A DNA stretch of 64,000 bases. Source: Chiloscyllium plagiosum (lineage: Eukaryota). The stretch lies in contig NC_057749.1 of assembly GCF_004010195.1 (NCBI RefSeq), forward strand, positions 14,055,078 to 14,119,077, given 5' to 3'. A program made the translations under genes and the position numbers. The stretch's first letter is position 1. Each line of letters begins with the position of its first letter. Positions 26,301-38,300 of this stretch are shown here, piece by piece. The notes under the pieces were generated by a model, which searched no databases, was not told where the DNA came from, and worked only from the letters and a program-made list of their open reading frames with translations.

Positions 26301-29300
26301 CTCTAACAGAGAGAAATGATTTGGTTATATATAGTGAGGGGCATCAGCCAACATCAAACATGGGGTGAGGTGCAGAGCTAGGTCTCCATAGCCTATTATA
26401 GCAATTAGCAGGAATTGAACCTGTGCTTTCGACATTGTTTTGCACTATACTGTAGCCGTTTAGACAACTCCCACATCGCTCTATTTGTTTGAGAACTCTT
26501 ATCTTAATGTATATTACTTTGGGCTAGATTATCAAACACAAAATACAAGAATATACGGCCACAAGCCAAAATTCACAATCTGAATATAGAGTTTATCATG
26601 TCCACCCATGAGCTGATTTTTCTCTCACCAAATGCTGTCCGACACACACTCAAACACTTGCTGAAACTAGCTTTGAGCATCTCCCTGGGCAGTTCACACT
26701 CTGTGTGAAATTGTTTTCTGTAAGTCACACATTTCAATGACAATTCTGACATGAATCCTTTGGGGGACTTTTGACCTTGTTTTTCAGAACAAGTTTACCA
26801 GCAGAATGTGGAGCAGCTGGACAAGATTCGACAGGAGTGGGAGCAAGAGCACATCAATACCTGTGAGGTATTTGTAAATCTCTTTTTTTTTTAAAATGAA
26901 GGTAGTAATTTGATAATAGTTGATATGGTCACAGCACAGAAGGTGGCCCTTCAACCCAATGTGACCTGTCAGCTCTCTGCAGGAGCCGACTTAGCCAATC
27001 CCACACCTCCACCTTTACCTGTGGCTCTGCAAATTTGTCCTCTTCAATTAATTATCCAATTCCTTTTTGAAAGGTACAATAGAATCTGCCTCCATGACAT
27101 CCTTGGGCAGATTTCAGATCCTAGCCTCTCGCTGCAATAAAAGGTTTCTCCACAAGTCCCACTGGCTTCTTTTGCTAATCTCTTTAAATCTGTGTCCCCT
27201 CTGCTTTTCAATCCTTCCACCAATGGGAATGCTTACTCCCTATCTGCTGTGTCCATCAAATCTTCTCTCAAACCTTCCCACTCCAACCCCTGTCTTTCCA
27301 ATCCATCCAAGTGATTGGAGTCCCTCATCTCCGGAATCCGTCTCTGCACCCACACTTCTCCCCTCCTACCTCCACCCAAGGCCCCAAAGGAGCCTTCTGC
27401 ATCTGACAGATTTTACCTGCACTTCCACACACATTGTTTACTGTATCCATTGCTCCTGATGATGTGATCCCCTGTACACTGGGGAGACAGGACACCTACA
27501 TGCAGAACACTTCAGAGAACATCTCCAGGACATGTGCATGAAACAACCCCACAGCCCCATGGCTGAACACTTCAACTCCCCCTCCCAATCAGCCGAGGAC
27601 ATGAAGGTCCTGGGCTGCCTCCACTGTCAAACCCTTACCACCCAATGCCTGGATGAAGAATGCCTCGTATTTTGCCTTTGATTCCATGTGGTTAGAGGGT
27701 CCCATGTAGATTTCACCAGTTTTCTCTTCACCACCACCACCACCCCCACCCCACCTTATCCCAGTTCCAACCTTCTGACTCAGTACTGCCCTCATGACCT
27801 GTCCTACCCATCCATTTCCTTCCCATCTATCCACTCCACCCTCTTTTCTGACCTATCACCTTCAACCCTTTCTTCATCTCCCTGTCACATTCCCAGCCAG
27901 CTTCCCCCACCTTGAAAAGTGTGGTGTTAGAAAAGCACAGCAGGTAAGATAGCATCTGAAGTGCAGGAGAATTGACCTTTTTGGGAATAAGCCCTGATGA
28001 AGAGCTTATGCGCGAAATGTCGATTCTCATGCTCCTCAGATGCTGCATAATGGCTGTGCTTTTCCAGCACCACACTCTCTCAACTCTGGGAGGGAATCTG
28101 AAGGCATTGCAAAAAGTTTCAAAGAGCAGTACTTGGACCTTGAAATGATACCCTGGTCAAGGCTGATCCCATGTCCTATAGAAATTCAACATAATTTCCT
28201 TGTCCCATTGTTTCAAATATCACTTTTTATACCATTTCTCCAGTGTCGTTCTCATTGTTTAAGGATGGAATGTCAACTACCATATGCTTTTCCTGTCATA
28301 GGTTCCTCAAAGCGTTAATTCTTCCTGGACTTCTTTTCCATGAAAGACTGGACGGCCTTTAATACTTTGTTCAATTGGCTGGTATACATAGAACATAGGA
28401 ATAGAGACCAGTCAGCCCATTGGGCCAACAATTTAATTAGACCGTAGCTGATCATCATCTACAACAATGGCCACTTTTCCCATACTATCCCGACATCTGT
28501 CGATGTCATTTGTCTCCAGAAATCGATTGGTTCAAGATCGAGCTCAATGTTTGAGCTTCCACAGACCTCTGGAGTAGAGAATTCGAAAGATTCACCATGT
28601 CTGGATGAAGAAATTCATCATTGTCTCTGTGTTAAATGGTTTGCTCCTAATTCTGAAATGTCCCCTGGTTCGTGATTCACCAGCCCAGAGAAATATCCTA
28701 ACTACAGCCTCTGTGACACCATGAGAATTGTGCAAATTTCAATAAGATTGCCTCTCCTTCTTCAAAACTCCTAAAGAGTACGCTCCCAGGTACTGGTCAT
28801 AATTTCATACAGCTCAGAAACACACCCTTCAGTCCAATTCATCCATGCTGACCAAGTTTCCCAAATTAAACTAGACCCACTTGCCTGCATTTAGCCCATA
28901 TCCCTCTAAACCTTTCCTACTCATGTATCTGTCCAAATGTCTTCCAAATATTGTAACTGTACCTCTGTCTACTACTCCCTCTGGCAGTTCATTCCACGCA
29001 TGAATCACACTCTGTGAAAAAGGTGCCCCTCTAGTCTCTTTTAAATCTTTCTCCTCTCACCTTAAAAATATGCCCCCTAGTTTTGAGCTCCCCCGCCTTC
29101 CTCTGGCAAAGACCTTTGCTATTCACCTTCTCTTTGCCCCTCATGATTTCATAAATCCAATGAGCTGCTAGAGGAAGTTGTGGAGGTGGATACATTACAT
29201 CTTTTAGAAGGCATCTGGATGGGTCTGTGAACAGGCAACATCGTGGTAAATCTTTTCTGAACCCTCTCCAATTTAATAATGTCCTTTTCTATAGGTTCCT

Positions 29301-32300
29301 CAGTCTTGCCTCATACAATATCAGATTGTTTTATGAACCTAGATGTTAAGTACTAGGATTGTTGTGAATCGTGATGAAAGCCAATCCTATAAATGTATAC
29401 AAGCACTGGAGTCAAACCTGATTTGACCACATAATCTCTCATATGTAGGCCACCACAGGTCACTGTAGGATGAGCTCATGTTGCAATGAAGTTGGTTGGG
29501 TGTTCTCAATCTCAACTCAGGAGGAGAAAGTGAGGTCTGCAGATGCTGGAGATCAGAGCTGGAAATGTGTTGCTGGAAAAGCGCAGCAGGTCAGGCAGCA
29601 TCCAGGGAACAGGAGAATCGACGTTTCGGGCATAAGCCCTTCTTCAGGAATGGGGAAAGTTTGTCCAGCAGGCTAAGATAAAAGATAGGGAGGAGGGACT
29701 TGGGGGAGGGGCGTCGGAAATGTGATAGGTGGAAAGAGGTCAAAGTGAGGGTGATAGGTCAGACTGGGGTGGGGGCAGAGAGGTCNNNNNNNNNNNNNNN
29801 NNNNNNNNNNNNNNNNNNNNNNNNNNNNNNNNNNNNNNNNNNNNNNNNNNNNNNNNNNNNNNNNNNNNNNNNNNNNNNNNNNNNNNNNNNNNNNNNNNNN
29901 NNNNNNNNNNNNNNNNNNNNNNNNNNNNNNNNNNNNNNNNNNNNNNNNNNNNNNNNNNNNNNNNNNNNNNNNNNNNNNNNNNNNNNNNNNNNNNNNNNNN
30001 NNNNNNNNNNNNNNNNNNNNNNNNNNNNNNNNNNNNNNNNNNNNNNNNNNNNNNNNNNNNNNNNNNNNNNNGGGTGTGGATCTGATGAGGGAGTCACGGA
30101 GGGAGTGGTCTTTACGGAATGCTGATAGGGGAGGGGAGGGAAATATATCCTTGGTGGTGGGGTCCGTTTGGAGGTAGCGGAAATGACGGTGGATGATGCG
30201 CTGTACGTGAGATTTGTGGGGTGGTAGGTGAGGACCAGTGGGGTTCTGTCCTGGTGGCGGTTGGAGGGGCGGGGTTCAAGGGCGGAGGAGTGGGAAGAGG
30301 AAGAGATGCGGTGGAGGGCATCGTCGACCACGTCGGAGGGGAAATTGCGGTCGAATTGCATTGATGGTGGGTCTCTGCAAAGGGATATGTCCAGGGATTG
30401 CTGACTTTGGAGAAAGGAAGTTTGGGGGGGATTTGATGAGGGTTTCATTGAAGAACCAACTCTATATCTTCACCAGTCACCATTGGTCCAACCAAATTGA
30501 TCTAATGAAATCGACTGTCATCCTTTTATGAATGATATTTGTAAAAATGTCATCTTAATCTTGAAAACCTGGTTACCTGTGAAAAATGTAGAAATTATTT
30601 CATTATGACAGCTATTGCTAAAATTTATGGCTGTTCCAGGGTCAGTTTATCTCAAGTGTGTTGACATGTGTCTTGTAGGTTTTGACCATGTCTTTGTGCT
30701 GGCTTCTGCCTAGTGTCCTGACTCATTGTTAACACTATCTGACACTCGCTCAAATTCAGTCAATGTGAACTGGGATTTTTGAAGCTAAACTGTGCCTGAC
30801 TGGTCAGAGTCTTTGCGGATGTTTGTGGGCGATGGGGTGTGGTGTGGTTCATTCTTCATAAACATTCTCCATTTTGGCTTGCAGGTGTTTCACCAACAAG
30901 AGAGTGACAGGATCAACAATCTGAGGAATGCCCTGTGGGTGCACTGTAACCAGCTCTCACTGCAGTGTGTGAAGGATGATGAGGTATTGTACTGGTCAAC
31001 CGGTATGCTGACTGGTCCCTAATCCTGATGTGGATTCTGAAAAGCAACCCTTGGAACGACCCATTTTTACATTCTTTGCTTCCCCTGGCTACCCCCACCA
31101 AAAGCTGTCTGGTAACTTGGCCAACTGATCAATCCTCCTTGGCAGAAATTTATTCTCTCTTCTTCTGAAGACACTTGGCCAGGGCTTCTGAAAGGTGGCA
31201 CGGTAGCTCAGTGGTTAGCACCGCTGCCTCACAGCACCAGGGACCCAGGTTCAGTTCCAGCCTCCAGTGACTGTGCAAACCCCACAAGGACATTCGCCCC
31301 CTGTCTGGGTGGCTATAGCTGTGCAAGTTAGGGTGGATTGGCCATGCTAAATTGCCCACAGTGTCCAGGGATGTGCAGGAAAGGTGGATTAGCCATGAGA
31401 AATGCAGGAATAGGGTGGGGTGTTAAGATGACCTTTGGAGGGTCAGTGCAGACTTGATGGGCCAAATGGCCTCCTCTTGCACTGTAGGAATTCTATGATT
31501 CTTAAATGACGTCCTCTTGCTGCGACAGTCTGTGCTACTCTAAAATTTAACCTTGGGAGGAACTAAATCTAAGTCTTTCATAGAACTTGCAGCACATGAG
31601 CCAGACACAATTGGCCCAGTTTTATGTTCCATGCAAGCCTTCTGTTTTCCTTTTAAATTTCACCCCGTTTCCATCTCCTTCACCCTAGCTTTCTCTCTCA
31701 ATCACTTGTTTAACTTCTTCTTGAATGGAGTCTTCAGTGGAAGGTGTCCAAAAGCCCCCATCACTTCCGCAGTGGGGGCATTGCTTGGGAGTTGGAGGTG
31801 GGCGCGGCCTGCTCCCTTGAATTGGCCAGTTGTGAAATGACATGTATTTATATCAGTGCCTTTGGGTGACCTCTAAGCTCTAGCTAACTATGCTGAGTTG
31901 GAAGTCACATGACACCAGTTCAACACGTTTAATTGAAATCACCAAGCTTTCACTTCAGCTGACGAAGGGCCTATGCTCTAAAAGCTTGTGATTTCAAATA
32001 AATCCGTTGGACTATAACCTGGTGTTGTGTGACTTCTGACTTTGTCCACCCCAGTCCAACACTGGAACCTCCACAACATAATGACACAGTGGGATCTTTC
32101 TGCACCCTGTGGCCATTTGCTGAGGAATGTTTGTTGATAGAGCGAGCTGTTATTCCTAATCAATGAGATGTTATTGCATGCGGAGTGACTGCTAAGTTGC
32201 TTTTTTTTAAACTGATTCCCTGGGAATGTACAGCATGTAGTTGCGGCAATGTCCACGTGTTGTAGCTTGAGTCTTCATCTGGCGTTTTAACTCTCTGCAG

Positions 32301-35300
32301 TTGTATGAGGAGACAAGGAAGGTTTTGGAGCTCTGCGACATTGATGCAGATATGGATTGTTTCATTCAGAAGAAGATGACTGGAACGCGTCCACCCGGTA
32401 AGACTTGCTTCTCTGTCTCGGTCAAAAAGTGTGGTGCTGGAAAAGCACAATAGGTCAGGCAGCATCCGAGGAGCAGGAGAATCGACCTTTCAGGCGCAAG
32501 CTCTTTGTCAGGGCTTCTTCCCAAAAGGTTGATTCTCTTGCACCTCAGAGGCTACCTAACTGGCCATGCTTTTCCAGCCCCGCACTTTTCAACTCTGATC
32601 TCCAGCATCTGCAGTCCTCACTTTTTCTCCTTGCTTCTGTCTCTGTACCAAAAACAGATCAGAACTTTGGTGATTTTTAAAACAGCTTTTGATCAATGTC
32701 TAAGAGGAATGTCATTGGAGGATTTGGGGCTGGAGTCACATAAGAACATCAGAACCGGGAGCAGGAGTAGGCCATCTGGCCCCTCCAGCCTGCTCCACCA
32801 TTCAATAAGATCATGGCTGATCTTTTCGTGGACTGAGCTCCACTTACCCGTCCGCTCACCATAACCATTAATTCCTTTACTGTTCAAAAATCTACCTATA
32901 TTTGCCTTTAAAAAAACATTCAATGAGGTAGCCTCAACTGTTTCACTAGGCAGGGAATTTCACAGATTCTCAACCCTTTGGGTGAAGAAATTCCTCCTCA
33001 ACTCAGTCCTAAATCCGTTCCCCTTTATTTTTGAGGTTATTCCTCCTAGTTCTAGTTTCATCTGCCAGTGGAAACTACCTCATTACCTATACCTTATTGA
33101 CTCCCTTCATAGTTTTATGTTTCAATAAGTTTTCTGCCCCCCACCCATTCTTCTATATTCTAATGAGTATAGTCCCCGTCTACTCAGTCTCTCCTCATAA
33201 GCCAGTCTCTTCAACTCTGGAAATGACCTAGTGAACCTCTGCATCCCCTCTAGTGCCAGTACATCTTTTCTCAAGTAAGGAGACCAAAACTGCACACAGT
33301 ACTCCAGGTATGGCCTCACCAGCACCCTGTACAGTATAACCTCCCGATGTTTAAACTCCATCCCTCTAGCAACGAAAGGCAATGTTCCATTTGCTGCCTT
33401 AATTGCCTACTGCACCTTTTGTGATTCATGCACAAGGACACTCTGGTCCTTCTGCACAGCAGCAAAGGATTCAGGCACAGAAGGAGGCTATTTTGGCCCA
33501 TGACCCCTCTAATGAGCAATCCCATCAGTCCAATTCTTCTGCTCCATTAATGCTGCTTTCCTCAAGTGTCCATCCAATTTCCTTTCTGAAATCAGTGATC
33601 ATCTCCCCTTATTACCCTAATAGGCCATAAGCTCCATGTCATTACCATGTCAGTGTAAGAAAATTCCTCCCTACATCTTCCACCCAAGGCCTCTGATCTG
33701 TGACCCTTCATCATTGTACCATTAGCTAATGGTAAAAATGTCTTTTTTTTTTATCCACCTTAACAAAGAAGTAATTGTTTCACACACCTCTATCAAATCT
33801 CCCTCTGTTGTATATGGGTTAGGAAAGGGTTAATGTTGGGGCGTGCTTTAAGCACCACTCACTTGGTGAGATCATTTGGAATTGTGGGCAGAACAGCTTA
33901 GGATCTGAAAGGAGTGAGACTGTACATATGGTCCCACAGACAGTGTAATAATGTTTAACACATCAATGTAACCACTCGCTAATATACAGTAAACTCAAAA
34001 TTGTTAATTACAAGTGACTCTCCTAGTTAGACCAGGATGTGGTTTCCCTCTCCCTCGCTAGATAAAGCTGACCCTATAGTTTCCTGCACTCAAATAGCAA
34101 CAGCCTTCACCATGAGCAGGAGCTTCTATTGTGTAGGAGCTGGGCACATCCAAACAGCAGCCTCCACCTCCTTTTGGTTCCAAGAATTCTGGAATTGACC
34201 TAGTGAACCTCCTCTATACCCCATCCAATGCCAGTACATCCTTTCTCATGTAAGGAGACCAAAACTGCACACAGTACTCCAGGTATGGCCTCACCAGCAT
34301 CCTGTACAGTATAACCTCCCTATTTGCAAACTCCATCCCTCTAGCAATGAAAGGCTAGGATTTCCAACCTAACCTTGTCACTAAATTCCATCAATATTAG
34401 AGCTTGATAAATCTTCTCTTACCCTAACAAATATCTTCAAGTCCTTCCTAAAGAATGGTGAATATTCAGGACTCCAGTTTCATTTGTTCTCCTCACTGCC
34501 TCTCACAAAGGCTCTGGGGAGCTGATTTCCCATCTGTCTCCCAGAGATAGTGCCATTGGGTTGACTGATCACAAGGCGCATAGCAGCAAACCTGCCTCAC
34601 TATCACCTGATGGCTGCACTGATGTAGTCGCAGGACATCACCCTGTGCTGTACTGACGTGAGCAGCTCAGTCAATGGAATAGAATTGTTCCAAACGCTGA
34701 AGATTTTTTATAGACACAAATCTTCCCTGTTAGACATTTCACTAACCACAGAGCACATATTCCGCACATCAGAGAGAAAAACAGAAGGCTGCAAGGTTAT
34801 GCGAAAAAGGGTGTAGAAAGGGGACTAACTGGAAAGCTCTTTGGAAAAGTTGGCATAGGCATGATGAGCTGAATGGCCTCCTTATGTGTTTGATTCACAG
34901 TGAGCAGGGAGATCCCAAATTTGATGCAAAGTAGGATCTCCGGGTTGGGGGAACATGTGCAGGAAGCAAGTGGAAAGAACAAAAGCTGGGGAAGGGAAAT
35001 TGTCCTGCCTTTCCATTTTCTCACTGCTCTAGCAGAAGATCCTGGAAGAGAGGTGTGTGTGGGGTTAAGACCATGATATCCTTATGGTATGCTGTAGCCT
35101 TGAGCTATGGATAATGATAATAAAGGGTATGACATTCTTTCCATCGTGTAGATATCTGGCTAATCCAGAAGTGCCTGACTTTCCATCTTCTGTAAATTAC
35201 ACCATTTAAGACCGTCCGATCCTGTTAACCACCTCACAAATCACATGGGGTGATTTCTAATGGGGTACAACTGATCAGACAGTCGATGTGGAATGGATTG

Positions 35301-38300
35301 TAAATACATGTGGGAGGTCAAGACAAGCTTTGTCTGAGACAATGACCTTTGTCTGAGACAGTTCACCTTTAAGCATGCTGAATGGCACATGGATGACCAG
35401 AATGTAATGCAGAGTGATGCCAACAGCATGGGTTCAACTCCTGCAATGGCTGTCCTTTCCACGAAGGACTCTCCTTCTCAATCCTTATCCCTCGCCTGAG
35501 GTGTGGTGACCATCAGGTTAAACCACCACCAGCCATCTCCAACTCTCTGTCTTGCTTGCTCGGTCTCTCTGAGAGCACAGCCCTGTAATCTCGTAAGATT
35601 ATGGTGACTTTTACTGTATACAAGTTGGCCTGTATTTATTCAGAGGGATTTAATTTGAGGCTTCAAAGGATGACGTGCCCAGCAGCATCTGGAGTTTGAT
35701 CAGAAAATCCTGAGGTTTTGATTTTTTTTCAGTTTTCTAATTGACACTCCTTTCCTGTGCCCTCACTGTCCAGAAATGCCTTGTCAAAACCTTCAAAATG
35801 GGGCATGATATGACAGCATGTATTGTGTGGAATTGCACAAATATCATGTGCTATATTCATTCTTTCATGGGATGTGTCTGTGTCTGGCCATTGTCAGATC
35901 ATGTGTGCTGTCTTATGTTAAACAATGCGATTGGTGTTCTAAAATTTTAACAAATACAAATTCTGAGTTTACTGTTGGACTTACATTTCTTCACAGCTCC
36001 CATAGAGTATGAGAATTACTATGACAAGTTATCTACCACGGAAAATCGCACAGCTGCCTCTGCCAGGAATGGAGGGATGTTGAAAAGGTAAATGGCACAA
36101 ATGTGGTTTCAAATTTCTTAAGATTTGCACTCCAGATCGCAATCCGAATGTGCTGTGTGCAGGAAACATGGGAACCCAAACCAATCCTAGAACTTATTTC
36201 AGTTCCAACCAGTAATCTAGATTTGCAGAATTTAATGGTGCAGACAGAAAATCCAGTTAGTGGAAATAGAGCCTTCGGTGTTCAATAGGAATTTTGTTGA
36301 AGCAGAAAATATATAATGAAGGTGAGGGATCAAATTTAGGAAGGTGCGATAAATTGAAATGTGGAGGTTAGGCAAGAGAGAGTATTAATCTGGGAAATTA
36401 AATATAATGGCTAGCTTCTCTGTCTCATCTCCGTAGCCTACCTGAACTCAAAACAGCATCCAAAACAAAGCTGTAAATTTAGGCATGTGATTTACAGCAA
36501 CCAGCTGTAGCAAAGTGACCCTTCAATAAAAAGGGTGCCCAAGTGCCCTTTTAGTGACTCCTTCAAAAGAAAGACAAGTTTGGGTGTCCAAATGAACCAC
36601 TGTCCACAATCATTTAGCACATATCATCAAAGTAACTCTGAAGAATTAAACTGCATTTATTTCAATACAAGGGGTCTGACAGGTAAAGCAGATAAACTTG
36701 GGGAATGGATGGGAACATGGGACTAGGATATCATAGCTATTTCAGGAACATGGCTTAGGGAAGGACAGGACTGGCAGCTCAATGTTTCGGGGTTTAGATG
36801 CTATAGGAAGGGAGGTAAGAGAGGAGGTGTAGTAGTATTTTTGACCAAGGAAAACATTAATTCTGTACTTAGGATATATCTAAGGGATTGTTCAGTGAAG
36901 CTATATGGGTGGAACTCAGAAGAGGCTGATCACCTTCCTTGGCTTGTACTAAGACCCACCAGTAGTCAGAAGGAAATTGAGGAACAAATATGTAGAGAGA
37001 CCTCTGATTTATGTAAGAGTAATAGGATTGTAATAGTAAGGGATTTTAACTTTCCAAACATAGACTGGGACTGACATAGTGTTAAGGGCTTGGATGGTAA
37101 GGAATTTGCTAAACGTATTCAAGAAAATATTCTTTGTTAATATGTAGATGTACTATTAGAGAAGGAGCAAAACCTGGCCTTCTGTTGGGAAGTAAGGCAG
37201 CACAAGTGACTGAAATGTTAGTGGGGAAGCACTTTGAGACCAGTGGTCATAATTCTATTAGTTTTAAAGAAGTTATGGAAAAGGATAGGCTTTGTATAAT
37301 AGTTAAAGTTCTTAATTGGAGTAAGGCAATTTCGATGGTATGAGACAGGAGCTTTCAAAAGTTGATTGGAGTAGACTTTACAGAGAAAGGGATGACCAGC
37401 AAATGGGAAACTTTTTTTTAAAAGTGAGATAACGAGAGTTCAGAGGCATTATGTTCCTGTAAAAAGTGAAAGAAAGGCTGGTAAGAGTAGGGGACAACGG
37501 ATGAATAAAGATATTGAGGCTTTGGTCAAGAAGAGGGGTATTTTTCTGGTTGGCAGTTGGTAATGTGTGTATGCCACAGGGATCAGGGCTGGGGTCTCGA
37601 CGTTTTACAATGTGATGATGGGACCAAAGGTATGACATCAAGTAGGAAAGTAAGTTGTGAAGAGGATATAAGGAGCTACAAAGAGAAATTGCTAGAGTAG
37701 GCAAATGAGAAATGGAGTATTATGTGGGAAAATGTGATATTGTCCATTTTGTCAGTAAGAATATAAAAACATATTTTGTAAATGGTGAGATGTTATCAGG
37801 CTCTGAAATACAGCGGGATCAGGGTGGCTAAGTGTGTAAATTGCAAAAGATCAGTATGCAGGTATGGCAAGAAATAGGGAAAACTAATGGAAAGTTATCA
37901 TTTTATTATGAGGGGGAATATTTTCTATTCATATGTGGGTGTCACTGGCTGGTCAGTATTTATTGCCTGTCTCTAGCTGCCCTTCAGAATGTGGGGTGGT
38001 GAGCTGCGGCCTTGTCTCATTGCAATCCATATGCTGTAGGTGGACTCACAATACCCTTAGGGAGGGAATTCCAGGATTTTAACCCAGTGACAGTGAAGGA
38101 ACAGTGATTATCTTTCCAAGTCAGGATGGTGAGTGGAAGGGAATTTGCAGGGGGTAGGGTTCCCATGTATCTGTTGCCCTCATTCTTTGAGGATGAAATG
38201 TTTGTGGGTTTGGAAAGTGCTGTCTGAGAATGTTTAGTGAATTTCTGTAGTGCATCTTGTAGATAGTACACACTCTGTGCTGGAGGGAATGGATGTTTGT

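Larger units (their letters stand above)
29521..30352 (-). mobile_element. Young Penelope-like element (family A) spanning the assembly gap
   Basis: ORF remnant [18 protein letters not shown]...[14 protein letters not shown] (RT-to-endonuclease linker); family A 3' terminus with intact hammerhead; CpGs retained. Confidence 0.88.

Noticed and set aside
29700..30448. Long ORFs of 118-229 aa
   Set aside because: They run through the N gap; only the PLE remnant portion is meaningful.
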